Shown here: piece by piece, positions 46,349-54,772 of the stretch
Layout: the number at the start of each line of letters is the position of its first letter
Position numbering within the stretch: position 1 is the stretch's first letter
Source: Acutalibacteraceae bacterium
GTDB lineage: Bacteria; Bacillota; Clostridia; Oscillospirales; Acutalibacteraceae
Direction of reading: 5' to 3'
DNA: 64,000 nucleotides
Assembly: GCA_045590515.1 (NCBI GenBank)
Contig: JAZNRD010000033.1
Location: 51,456-115,455, forward strand
Position numbers and translations under genes: made by a program
Notes under the pieces: generated by a model
What the model was told of the DNA's origin: nothing
The model's database searches: none
The model's input: only the letters and a program-made list of their open reading frames with translations

Positions 46349-47161
46349 ATGCGAGAATTGTCAAACAGCAAATTAAAACAAATAATTTTCGATATGCTGA
46401 TCTTCTTAAAATACATATGCGAAAAAAACGATATAAAATATTCCTTGTGCTTTGGCACTCTTTTGGGAGCTGTTAGGCACGGTGGATTTATTCCTTGGGA
46501 TGATGATGTCGATGTTTGTGTTTTAAGAAAAGACATTCCTAGATTAATAGAAGCAATAGAAAACGAAAATCATCCAAGATACCGTGTGGTTAGTTTTAAA
46601 AACAATAATTCTTATTATTATAATTTTATCAAAATAATCGATGCAAATACGTCTTTAACAGAACACGGATATAAAACCATACAAAACTATGGTGTATATA
46701 TCGATATTTTTCCATTTGATAACTGTCCCACAGACAAAAAAGGATTTAAGCATTATACAAATAAAATTCGAATCTTATCGCTATTAAAAACAGCATCAGT
46801 AATAAATGGACCAAACAGAAATAAGACAATATCATACAATATAATCTTGTTTTTGTTTTCAATTTTCGCTAAGCCGCTGGGATATAAATTTTGGACTAAA
46901 AAAATAGAAAAGCTGCTTAATAAATACAAAGAAACTGGATATGTTTGTTGTTTGACTGAAAATCCAAACTATAATGAAATTATGTCAGTTGAAGATTTTA
47001 ATGATATGGATGTTGTAATTTTTGAAAACGAAAAATTTAGCGCGTTTAAATCATTTAAAAAATATTTAACAAACAGATATGGAAACTATATGGAATTGCC
47101 GCCCGTTGAAAAAAGAGGCATACAGCATAATTTTACAGCATATATGAGGGACGATAAATGA
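46349..47161 (+). CDS. LicD-family phosphotransferase (phosphocholine / polyol-phosphate transferase type)
   Basis: 270 aa. LicD signature GTLLGAVRHGGFIPWDDDVDV. Confidence 0.85.
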   Translation: MRELSNSKLKQIIFDMLIFLKYICEKNDIKYSLCFGTLLGAVRHGGFIPWDDDVDVCVLRKDIPRLIEAIENENHPRYRVVSFKNNNSYYYNFIKIIDANTSLTEHGYKTIQNYGVYIDIFPFDNCPTDKKGFKHYTNKIRILSLLKTASVINGPNRNKTISYNIILFLFSIFAKPLGYKFWTKKIEKLLNKYKETGYVCCLTENPNYNEIMSVEDFNDMDVVIFENEKFSAFKSFKKYLTNRYGNYMELPPVEKRGIQHNFTAYMRDDK

Positions 47162-48225
47162 CAATATTACACATTGCGCATATAAAGGACAGCCCTTTTA
47201 ATGGTGTTTGTATAGCAGTGCCACAACACGTTCAAGCGCATCAGAAAACCGAAAAAGTTGGATTTATAAATATCTCTAACGTAAAAATTGATAAAATTTG
47301 TAACCAATTTGATTATTGCAAGCACTTTTGTATTGATTCGCTTCCTGCCCCATTTAACCGTCCTGACATTGTAGTTTTTCACGAAACATACAGGGTGCAG
47401 TATTTGAAAATTTATCCTCAGCTTATAAACAGAAACATTCCGTATGTAATTATACCGCATGGTGAATTGTCGAGCGAGGCACAGCAAAAAAAACGTGCGA
47501 AAAAAGTTATTGCAAACATACTTTTTTTCAATCGTTTTATAAACAATGCCGTTGCCCTACAATGCTTGTCTTCGCGTGAGTTTAACTCAACCCATTTTGG
47601 CACAAATAAAATAGTTGAGACAAACGGTATAAACATCCCTATCAACAAAAAGACCGCATTTAATAAACAAAAAACTAATTTTATTTACGTTGGGAGATTG
47701 GAATCTCACGTTAAAGGCTTAGATTTGCTATTAGATGCAATAAAAATCAAACAAGAATTTTTTAGAAAAAATAACTGTAAACTAAGCATTTATGGCCCTG
47801 ATTATCAGGGACGCTTTCAAAATGTTTCAAATATGATTTTTGAGCGCGGCCTTAACGATATTGTTTCTCTTAACAGAGAAATAATGGGCGACGAAAAGGA
47901 AAGAGTCTTGCTCTCTTCTGATATATTTATACAGACCTCGCGGCATGAAGGTATGCCTTTAGGAATACTAGAAGCGTTGGCATACGGTATCCCTTGTATA
48001 GTAACAACAGGAACAAGCCTTTCAAATTTCGTATCTGAAAACAACTGTGGTTGGACCACATCATGCAATGCCAACGATATTGCAGATGCGTTAGAAAAAG
48101 CTGTTGTCGAGAAAAATTTGCATTATGAAAAATCTATTTTTGCGAGAAAAGCAATTATTGACTTTTTTTCTTGGGATATAATAAAAGAGCAAACGCTTGA
48201 AGCTTATAAAAAATTAATTTTATAG
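47158..48225 (+). CDS. GT4 (GT-B fold) glycosyltransferase
   Basis: 355 aa. C-terminal EGMPLGILEALAYGIPCI motif (E-x7-E). Confidence 0.85.
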   Translation: MTILHIAHIKDSPFNGVCIAVPQHVQAHQKTEKVGFINISNVKIDKICNQFDYCKHFCIDSLPAPFNRPDIVVFHETYRVQYLKIYPQLINRNIPYVIIPHGELSSEAQQKKRAKKVIANILFFNRFINNAVALQCLSSREFNSTHFGTNKIVETNGINIPINKKTAFNKQKTNFIYVGRLESHVKGLDLLLDAIKIKQEFFRKNNCKLSIYGPDYQGRFQNVSNMIFERGLNDIVSLNREIMGDEKERVLLSSDIFIQTSRHEGMPLGILEALAYGIPCIVTTGTSLSNFVSENNCGWTTSCNANDIADALEKAVVEKNLHYEKSIFARKAIIDFFSWDIIKEQTLEAYKKLIL

Positions 48226-48233
48226 GAGAAAAA

Positions 48234-49487
48234 ATGTTAATCAAGAGTTCGGTTGAAACAACAAGACCACATATTATAGTATTTGCCCTATATATGCTTT
48301 TATTGCCGATAGCCACTAGCCTTTCGGGAATAATAGGCAACGTATCTTTGTTGAACTATGTTGCTATCATCTACATAGGACTCTATGTTTTAAGAAATTT
48401 GGATAATACAATAGTCTACAATAAAAAAACAAATGCAATATTCCTATACTTTGTGTTTGTTATGTTTAGCACTTTATATAATTTTTATTCAGTAGCCGTA
48501 TGGCAAGTAACAACCTTTGCAAGCAATGGTATTATAGCACTTTTGGCAACAACTGATACATATACATCTAACGAACTCAAGCTTATAAAAAAATCAATAG
48601 TTTTGAGCTCAATAATCGCTATTTTTGTTACTCTATTAAACATTGAGTCCGCTCTTAATTTTCGCTTAACAATAACTATATCAAGCACTATGGACTCAAA
48701 CGATTTTGCTTGTGGATTGGTTATTATATTATCGCTGCTTCTTACAATGATAACTCGCAACAATAACCGCATATTGGCAATTGTTTTGTTTTCTTGTTGT
48801 TGTGGTATTATTATTCTTTCAGGCTCTCGCGGTGCAATGATTATGACTATTGCAATAATTTGTGCTTGGCTTTTCCAAAGCATAAAAAGCAAACGCGTTT
48901 TGATACCTTTGGTTCTTGTGTTATTTATAACATTTTTATTTATTTATTTTTATGAATATATTCCCGAATATTTGAAGAATCGATTAAGCATATTTGCCCT
49001 TTTGGAAGATGGTGGTTCAGGTCGTTCAAAAATATGGCTTGCTGCAATTAACGAGTTCTTTGACGGAAATCTCTTTGAACTTCTCTTTGGTAGTGGATAT
49101 GGTTCTTTCCGCGGAAGAGTTCACTATATAGCACATGGTCATTCAGGGGCATATGAGTCTCACAACATGTGGATCAATTTGCTCATAGAAGGCGGCGTCG
49201 TTGGTATAGTTCTTTTAATTTGGACGTTTATGCAAACATATAAAATTGCTAAATCTCAAAAGAACATGTGTGGAATGATAGCACTTACCGGATTAGCTAT
49301 TGCAGGCAGTACGTTGGATTTCCAGGCTTATCGAGTGTTTTGGATGGTATTCATTATCGCTATAATTTTCAAAGAGGATGAAATTTATGAAAACAAACCC
49401 GCTGGTATCGGTCATAGTTCCCGTTTTCAACGTAGAAAAATACATCGACCAATGCATAGAAAGTATAATTTCCCAAACCTATACTAA
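48234..49487 (+). CDS. O-antigen ligase / Wzy-like polymerase family membrane protein
   Basis: 417 aa with about 10 TM helices and a GSRGAM loop typical of Wzy_C-type proteins. The last ~33 codons overlap the next gene. Confidence 0.7.
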   Translation: MLIKSSVETTRPHIIVFALYMLLLPIATSLSGIIGNVSLLNYVAIIYIGLYVLRNLDNTIVYNKKTNAIFLYFVFVMFSTLYNFYSVAVWQVTTFASNGIIALLATTDTYTSNELKLIKKSIVLSSIIAIFVTLLNIESALNFRLTITISSTMDSNDFACGLVIILSLLLTMITRNNNRILAIVLFSCCCGIIILSGSRGAMIMTIAIICAWLFQSIKSKRVLIPLVLVLFITFLFIYFYEYIPEYLKNRLSIFALLEDGGSGRSKIWLAAINEFFDGNLFELLFGSGYGSFRGRVHYIAHGHSGAYESHNMWINLLIEGGVVGIVLLIWTFMQTYKIAKSQKNMCGMIALTGLAIAGSTLDFQAYRVFWMVFIIAIIFKEDEIYENKPAGIGHSSRFQRRKIHRPMHRKYNFPNLY

Positions 49488-50337
49488 CTTGGAAATAATA
49501 CTTGTAAATGATGGCTCCACCGATAACAGCGGTAATATATGTGATAATTTTGCAAAAAAAGATTCTCGAATAAAAGTAATTCACAAAACAAACGGCGGTC
49601 TTTCATCGGCACGAAATGTTGGAATAACTAACGCTATTGGAGAATACATAACATTTATTGACAGCGATGATTATATTGAAACCAACTTTATAGAACAGCT
49701 TTTATATGGTGTTATTGAAAGCGATTGCGAAATTTGTGTTTGTAAACTCTCAAGTTCCTTACCCTTACAACATAAGATAAATAAATCTCTCAAATTATAC
49801 ACCTCAGAGAGAGCAATTAAACAAATCCTTCTGGATAAAAAACTAACCACTTCGGCTTGTGGAAAACTCTTTTGTCATGAACTTTTTAAGGATATACGTT
49901 TCCCCGAGGGGAGAATCTTTGAAGACTTTGCAACCATATATAAAGTATTTAATATTGCAAGCAAAATCTGTTTTATAGACACAAAAAAGTATTTTTATAG
50001 ATATAATCCGAAAAGCATTACCAAATCGCCTTTTAAAAACAATCAAATGCAATACTTTATAGCTGCAGACGAATTTATAAGTTTTCTGCAAGGTAAATAT
50101 CCCCACCTTGTTAGATACGCTCTGCACCATTCCACCCGCAATGCCATTGCTTATATTAGAAGAATAAGTATGTCCTGTTTTAAAGATAATAAAACTATTG
50201 ATTTTTTAACAACACACATAAAAAAACATATATGGAAATACCTATTTAGTAGTTTTTCAATCTATAGCAAATTATATGGAATTTTTATTTGTATATCGCC
50301 AAAAAACGCATTAAGATTTTTTGAGGTAAAAAAATGA
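49387..50337 (+). CDS. family 2 glycosyltransferase
   Basis: Start at MKTNPLVSVIVPVFNVEKY after AAAGAGGA. NDGSTD and DSDD motifs. Confidence 0.88.
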   Translation: MKTNPLVSVIVPVFNVEKYIDQCIESIISQTYTNLEIILVNDGSTDNSGNICDNFAKKDSRIKVIHKTNGGLSSARNVGITNAIGEYITFIDSDDYIETNFIEQLLYGVIESDCEICVCKLSSSLPLQHKINKSLKLYTSERAIKQILLDKKLTTSACGKLFCHELFKDIRFPEGRIFEDFATIYKVFNIASKICFIDTKKYFYRYNPKSITKSPFKNNQMQYFIAADEFISFLQGKYPHLVRYALHHSTRNAIAYIRRISMSCFKDNKTIDFLTTHIKKHIWKYLFSSFSIYSKLYGIFICISPKNALRFFEVKK

Positions 50338-51020
50338 TGGAGAAAATAAAAAAATTTTTTAGGAGCAACGCTTTAACCTGCTCTTTATATAAAAAATTGT
50401 ATATAATTAAACACTTTAAAGAAACACAACAAAAAAAACACTTTATCCAATCAAATGGTGCAGATACTATTATCTTTATACAAAAAATACTGGAAGCGGG
50501 TAATTTTTCTTTCTTCTTTGATATGGGTACACTTCTTGGTATAGTTAGAGAAGGAAAATTACTTAAGCACGATATGGATATAGACGTTGCTGTATATAAC
50601 ACAAACGACGCAACAATAGAATCAATAAAAACTGTATTTATAGAAAACGGTTGCATTCATAAACATAGGTATGTTACCACCAATATAGGTATAACAGAGG
50701 ATTCCTTTATATATAAAAATATTAAGTTTGACGTTTGTTACTACCAGCAAGAAGATGACTGTGATATATGCTTCTTAGCATATAACCCAAGCAGCAACGG
50801 CGCTGATCAATTATGTACTGTTAAACTTTCTTGTGAACACATTGAAAAATTGGACAAAATCATATTTAATGATTATCCTATTAACGTTCCTTCTAATTTT
50901 GAGAAATACCTTTCTCAACGTTACGGGGTTAATTGGAAAATCCCTGACAAAAACTATGTTTATTGGAAAGGTCCCAGCACACAAAAAATATCTAATATAT
51001 CAACTAAAATAATTTATTAG
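50334..51020 (+). CDS. LicD-like nucleotidyltransferase-fold protein (second, divergent copy)
   Basis: 228 aa. GTLLGIVREGKLLKHDMDIDVAV resembles the LicD LGAVRxxxxIPWDDDxD signature. Confidence 0.6.
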   Translation: MMEKIKKFFRSNALTCSLYKKLYIIKHFKETQQKKHFIQSNGADTIIFIQKILEAGNFSFFFDMGTLLGIVREGKLLKHDMDIDVAVYNTNDATIESIKTVFIENGCIHKHRYVTTNIGITEDSFIYKNIKFDVCYYQQEDDCDICFLAYNPSSNGADQLCTVKLSCEHIEKLDKIIFNDYPINVPSNFEKYLSQRYGVNWKIPDKNYVYWKGPSTQKISNISTKIIY

Positions 51021-52181
51021 GTGATGATTTTGACTGCTCTATTTGAACAAATAATACTTTTACTTCGTAGTGTTATAAACAAAAACGCTGTTAACCTTAA
51101 CGATATAGCAATTTCTAGTGAAGATATATCAAAAATGCATCTCCTCGCTCAAAAACATAATATTAGTAATATTATTTCTTGGGCTATTCTAAACAACCCT
51201 AATGAAATTAGTATTGATGTTTCCTCACTAGAAAAAGAAATTTTTGTTTCAATAATACAATCCGAGAAGCGCGATTATGAAATTGAAAAAATTAAAAATA
51301 TATTTAAAAAAAACAATATTCAACACATTTTTTTAAAGGGTTCCGTTCTAAAGAACCTATATCCCGAATCTTGGATGAGAACAAGCTGCGATATTGATAT
51401 TCTTGTAAAAGATATAGAGCGCGCAGAAAAGGTTTTAATAGACAATTTCTTTGTTAAAGGGAAAGAGGGTTCTCACGACATAATCTTCTTTTCTGAAAGC
51501 AAAATACCAATTGAATTGCATTTTGAACTCATTGAAACAAATGATTCGGTTAATAAAGTGTTACAGAAAGTTTGGGAGTTTTCTTCTCCGGCGTCTTTGG
51601 ACTCCTATGAATATTCAATGTCGCCTGAAATGTTTTATTTTTATCACATAGCTCATATGGCTAAACACTTTTCATTCGGCGGTTGCGGCATACGTTCTTT
51701 TTTAGATTTGTGGCTCTTAATAAACCAAAACAACTATAACAAAAAGGTTCTAAAACAACTATTAAAAGAAGCAAAATTATTGCTTTTTGCAGAAAATGCA
51801 GAAAAGCTTGCCAAGTGTTGGTTTGAGGGAGGTCCTTTAACTCCAACAACTCAAGAAATGCAAAATTTTGTTTTTGCCGGTGGAGTTTTTGGCACAAGAG
51901 AAAGCCAGGTAATTATAAACAGGGCTCAAGCAGACAACAAAATGACATTTTTCATCCAACGAATTTTTATGCCGTATCGTCTTTTGAAATTAAAGTACCC
52001 GAGTCTTAATTCTCATCCATATTTATTACCTATCTTTTGGATAATTAGATGGTTTGAATTACTTAAAAGTTTTAAAAAAATAAAAGGTGCTCTTTTTGAA
52101 ATTCACACTAACAAATCCATAGCATCAGAAAATATAATAAAAACTCACAAACTTTTTTCAGACTTAGGACTAAACAAATAA
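51021..52181 (+). CDS. uncharacterised nucleotidyltransferase (NTP_transf_5-type)
   Basis: 386 aa. FLKGSVLKNLYPESWMRTSCDIDILV plus the downstream HDIIFF...IELHF pattern typical of this family. Confidence 0.7.
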   Translation: MMILTALFEQIILLLRSVINKNAVNLNDIAISSEDISKMHLLAQKHNISNIISWAILNNPNEISIDVSSLEKEIFVSIIQSEKRDYEIEKIKNIFKKNNIQHIFLKGSVLKNLYPESWMRTSCDIDILVKDIERAEKVLIDNFFVKGKEGSHDIIFFSESKIPIELHFELIETNDSVNKVLQKVWEFSSPASLDSYEYSMSPEMFYFYHIAHMAKHFSFGGCGIRSFLDLWLLINQNNYNKKVLKQLLKEAKLLLFAENAEKLAKCWFEGGPLTPTTQEMQNFVFAGGVFGTRESQVIINRAQADNKMTFFIQRIFMPYRLLKLKYPSLNSHPYLLPIFWIIRWFELLKSFKKIKGALFEIHTNKSIASENIIKTHKLFSDLGLNK

Positions 52182-52283
52182 TATATAAAGATGCTGTAAA
52201 CTATTTGTAAATTTAGGGTGTTTTGGTTGCGGTGGGGCGGCTGAGTTGGTATAATTGTTTTTAAATTCAGAAAGGGTGATTTT

Positions 52284-53036
52284 GTGGCGGGTAATGATTT
52301 TCTTGAGGAGCAAAGACGGCGTCAGCGTGAGCTCGTTGCTGCAAGACGTGCGCGACAAAATCCTGAGCTTGCTCCAAAGGTTGCTCCCGTGGAGCCTTTG
52401 GTCCCAAAAACCTTTGGCGATAAGGTTAAGAATTTTTGGTTTCATTACAAATATTTCGTTTTGGCAGGTGTCTTTCTTGCAACCGTGCTGAGCGTTGCTA
52501 TTACGCAGTGTGCCACGCGCGAGAAGTTTGACACCGAGGTTGTGCTTTTCACCTACAACTCCTACACCGCGGGCCAGATTGACGCGATGGAGGTTGAGCT
52601 TGAGAAATACGCCGAAGACCTTGACGGTGACGGCGAAGTGAATGTTCAGATTATTGACTGCGCCTTTGGCAAAAATGAGCTCGCTGACCAGCAGAACGCC
52701 AAGCGCACTAAGCTTACGGCGATTATCGCATCCGACAGCAAGGCTATGCTTTATATAACCGACGCATCAAGCTACGAATACCTTAACACGCTTTTCGAGG
52801 GCGGTTTCTTCGTAAACCTGAAGCTGCCCGGTGGCAACGGCGATACTCTCGCTCTTGGCGACTGGTTCTGTGAGCCTGTCAACGCTGAGTCAGAGGTTGG
52901 CTTTAAGTTACCCGACGGGCTGCAGATTTCCCGACGCGTTTCAGGAGAAAACACAGTCATAGGTCAGGACAAGGACGCAAAAGTATATGCCGAGGCGGCA
53001 GATAAAATGCTGGCTCTTATGGCAAAGGAGAAATAA
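52284..53036 (+). CDS. hypothetical single-pass membrane protein (Arg-rich N-terminus, one TM helix, ~170-aa extracytoplasmic domain)
   Basis: 250 aa, GTG start after AAAGGGTGA. TM helix FVLAGVFLATVLSVAI. No family recognised. Confidence 0.55.
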   Translation: MAGNDFLEEQRRRQRELVAARRARQNPELAPKVAPVEPLVPKTFGDKVKNFWFHYKYFVLAGVFLATVLSVAITQCATREKFDTEVVLFTYNSYTAGQIDAMEVELEKYAEDLDGDGEVNVQIIDCAFGKNELADQQNAKRTKLTAIIASDSKAMLYITDASSYEYLNTLFEGGFFVNLKLPGGNGDTLALGDWFCEPVNAESEVGFKLPDGLQISRRVSGENTVIGQDKDAKVYAEAADKMLALMAKEK

Positions 53037-53040
53037 AAAC

Positions 53041-53058
53041 GGGCAGGTTTACCTGCCC
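53041..53058 (+). terminator. short hairpin after the 52284..53036 gene
   Basis: GGGCAGG-TTTA-CCTGCCC with a weak T tract. Confidence 0.45.
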
Positions 53059-53065
53059 TATATTT

Positions 53066-53142
53066 CCGCCTGTGGCGCAGCTGGATAACGCAGCAGATTC
53101 CGATTCTGAAGAACGGGGGTTCGAATCCCTTCAGGCGGGCCA
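53066..53142 (+). tRNA. tRNA-Arg (anticodon CCG), CCA encoded
   Basis: Hand-folded. Acceptor stem CCGCCTG/CAGGCGG, D-arm GCGC-AGCTGGATA-ACGC, anticodon stem-loop with TT-CCG-AT (CCG at 53100-53102). 5-nt variable loop, T-arm GGGGG-TTCGAAT-CCCTT, discriminator G plus CCA. Total 77 nt. Confidence 0.85.
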
Positions 53143-53146
53143 AAAA

Positions 53147-53183
53147 AGAGAGTAGCAACCCTTGTGGTTGGTGCTCTCTTTTT
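53147..53183 (+). terminator. terminator hairpin directly after the tRNA
   Basis: AGAGAGTAGCAACC-CTTGT-GGTTGGTGCTCTCT (two mismatches) followed by TTTT. Confidence 0.65.
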
Positions 53184-53280
53184 AAGTCTTTAAGGGATTC
53201 GAAGTAGGAGCGGTATTGAATGACAGTCCGGTGGACTGACAGAGCCGCGAATGACCGAAGCCGCGACCGCGCGGCAAGAG

Positions 53281-53307
53281 TCGAATCCCTTCAGGCGGGC
53301 CAAAAAA
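53281..53307 (+). repeat. exact 27-nt direct repeat of the tRNA-Arg 3' end (att-like scar)
   Basis: TCGAATCCCTTCAGGCGGGCCAAAAAA at 53121-53147 and again at 53281-53307. An inverted 12-nt copy, AAGGGATTCGAA, lies at 53192-53203. Confidence 0.85.
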
Positions 53308-53336
53308 ACCGACTTGTTTCACGCAAGTTGGTTTTT
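53307..53336 (+). terminator. terminator hairpin after the tRNA 3'-end repeat
   Basis: AACCGACTTG-7 nt loop-CAAGTTGGTT followed by TTT. Confidence 0.65.
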
Positions 53337-53373
53337 CAGTTATATTCGCCTCGCTAGTTTTGGAGGTGAATAT

Positions 53374-53427
53374 AATATCACTTGTGCGTCAGCAGAAATA
53401 TCACTGTACCAAAGGTACAATATCACT
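53374..53427 (+). repeat. three phased direct repeats of AATATCACT
   Basis: Copies at 53374-53382, 53397-53405 and 53419-53427, spaced 23 and 22 nt apart. The palindrome GTACCAAAGGTAC lies between copies 2 and 3. Confidence 0.7.
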
Positions 53428-53520
53428 AAATATGCAGAATTCAAACACATAGAAAGAATATAGTCATTACTTTATAAATGCTTTTATAAACACTTTTTTT
53501 GCTAAATATATAAATTTATA

Positions 53521-53550
53521 AAACCCGACTTGCTCAAGGCAGTCGGGTTT
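53521..53550. terminator. hairpin at the 3' end of the XRE gene
   Basis: AAACCCGACT-10 nt loop-AGTCGGGTTT, flanked by AT-rich sequence on both sides. Confidence 0.5.
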
Positions 53551-53828
53551 TATAAATATTTTTTTATATCATTAAGTTTTTGCTTGATACAATCAATTTT
53601 TTTACATATGTCTTCTTTACTTACAGTAGTATGCAATGAATCAATTCTTCCTACAAGATAATCGATACTCACATCAAAAAAATCCGCAAGTCGAATAAGA
53701 GAATAACTATCGGGGTTTGTTTTACCTGTCTCGTAATTTGACAAAGTTTTTTGGTCAATGCAAGTGGCATTTGCAACATCAATTTGCCTTAAGCCTGCCT
53801 TTTCACGCAGTTCTTTGATACGATTCAT
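53550..53828 (-). CDS. XRE-family (Cro/CI-type) HTH transcriptional regulator
   Basis: 92 aa. IKELREKAGLRQIDVANATCIDQKTLSNYETGKTNPDSYSLIRLADFFDVSIDYLVGR. Confidence 0.88.
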   Translation of the reverse strand: MNRIKELREKAGLRQIDVANATCIDQKTLSNYETGKTNPDSYSLIRLADFFDVSIDYLVGRIDSLHTTVSKEDICKKIDCIKQKLNDIKKYL

Positions 53829-53892
53829 TTCAACAATTCCTTTACAATAAAGATTGTTTTTTTTGATTATACAATAAAATCTTAAAAAAATC

Positions 53893-53921
53893 TTGACTTA
53901 CTAAAAATGCGGAGTTATAAT
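53893..53921 (+). promoter_or_regulatory. promoter TTGACT-17-TATAAT
   Basis: TTGACT at 53893-53898, TATAAT at 53916-53921, divergent from the XRE gene and upstream of the zinc-ribbon genes. Confidence 0.65.
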
Positions 53922-54001
53922 ACTAATATATTAGTACGATTGCAGAATAAAAATACTTTTTATTTTGTGATAAATAAAATTAAATATTAAGGAGAAAAAT
54001 C

Positions 54002-54760
54002 ATGTTTTGCAATAATTGCGGAAAAGAAATCAATGAAGGTACAAAATTTTGTAATTTTTGCGGTGCTCCACAGGAAGCCGCGGTGCAACAATCTACAGCA
54101 GTTAATACTACCCCTGTGCAAAAAAAGAACAGCACTTTAAAAATAGCTATTATTGCGGCTATTGCCGTTGTTTGCTTTGCTATAGGTTCTTTTGTTATCG
54201 CGCCGTCGTTCTCAAAAGATAATGATGATAGTAGTCCGACAAACGATGTATCGCAGTCGCAAAATGTTGATGCTAACATTAAAAATGAAAGCAATGACAA
54301 AAAAGATAACTTAGATAATTCTGATACAAATAATCTTAAGGCAATTGACGGCGGCTATAATACAGGCAAAATGTTTTTAAGCGATTTAGGCGAATACGGA
54401 AAGGTATCATTAAGCGTTGGTTATAATCCTGAAAATGGCGTAATCAGACAAGTGACTGCTGCATTTACTATTACTGTAAGGCATAGTGAATATGCAGCAA
54501 TGAAGCAAGATTTTGAAAAATGGGAAAATGAATATGCCAATTCAAACGATAAGAATATTGAAATTTCTTGTGTAGAATTAAGCGAAAGCATTTCTTGTAT
54601 GGTATCATTACAAAAACTTTATGAATCTGACCGTGCAGAGCGCGTTGCCTTAGCTGAGGAAATATTGGATTTTGTTGCTGATGAAGAGGATACTGCATTT
54701 TATATTGACGACATAACTAAATTGTTGGTTGATACATACGGCTTTGAAGTTCAAGATTAA
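54002..54760 (+). CDS. zinc-ribbon domain membrane-anchored protein
   Basis: 252 aa. MFCNNCGKEINEGTKFCNFCGAP, one TM helix, then an extracytoplasmic domain of unknown function. Confidence 0.75.
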   Translation: MFCNNCGKEINEGTKFCNFCGAPQEAAVQQSTAVNTTPVQKKNSTLKIAIIAAIAVVCFAIGSFVIAPSFSKDNDDSSPTNDVSQSQNVDANIKNESNDKKDNLDNSDTNNLKAIDGGYNTGKMFLSDLGEYGKVSLSVGYNPENGVIRQVTAAFTITVRHSEYAAMKQDFEKWENEYANSNDKNIEISCVELSESISCMVSLQKLYESDRAERVALAEEILDFVADEEDTAFYIDDITKLLVDTYGFEVQD

Positions 54761-54772
54761 GGTGGAGTATAA

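Noticed and set aside
53190-53303. Second tRNA or tmRNA-like gene ending in the repeated ...TTCAGGCGGGCCA
   Set aside because: Only the 3' T-arm strand and the 3' acceptor strand are present. There is no matching 5' acceptor strand (CCGCCTG). The T-stem 5' strand is replaced by CAAGAG, so no cloverleaf can form.
53251-53463. 70-aa plus-strand ORF
   Set aside because: It starts inside the GC-rich att-like interval, reads through the tRNA 3'-end repeat and a terminator, and has no RBS.
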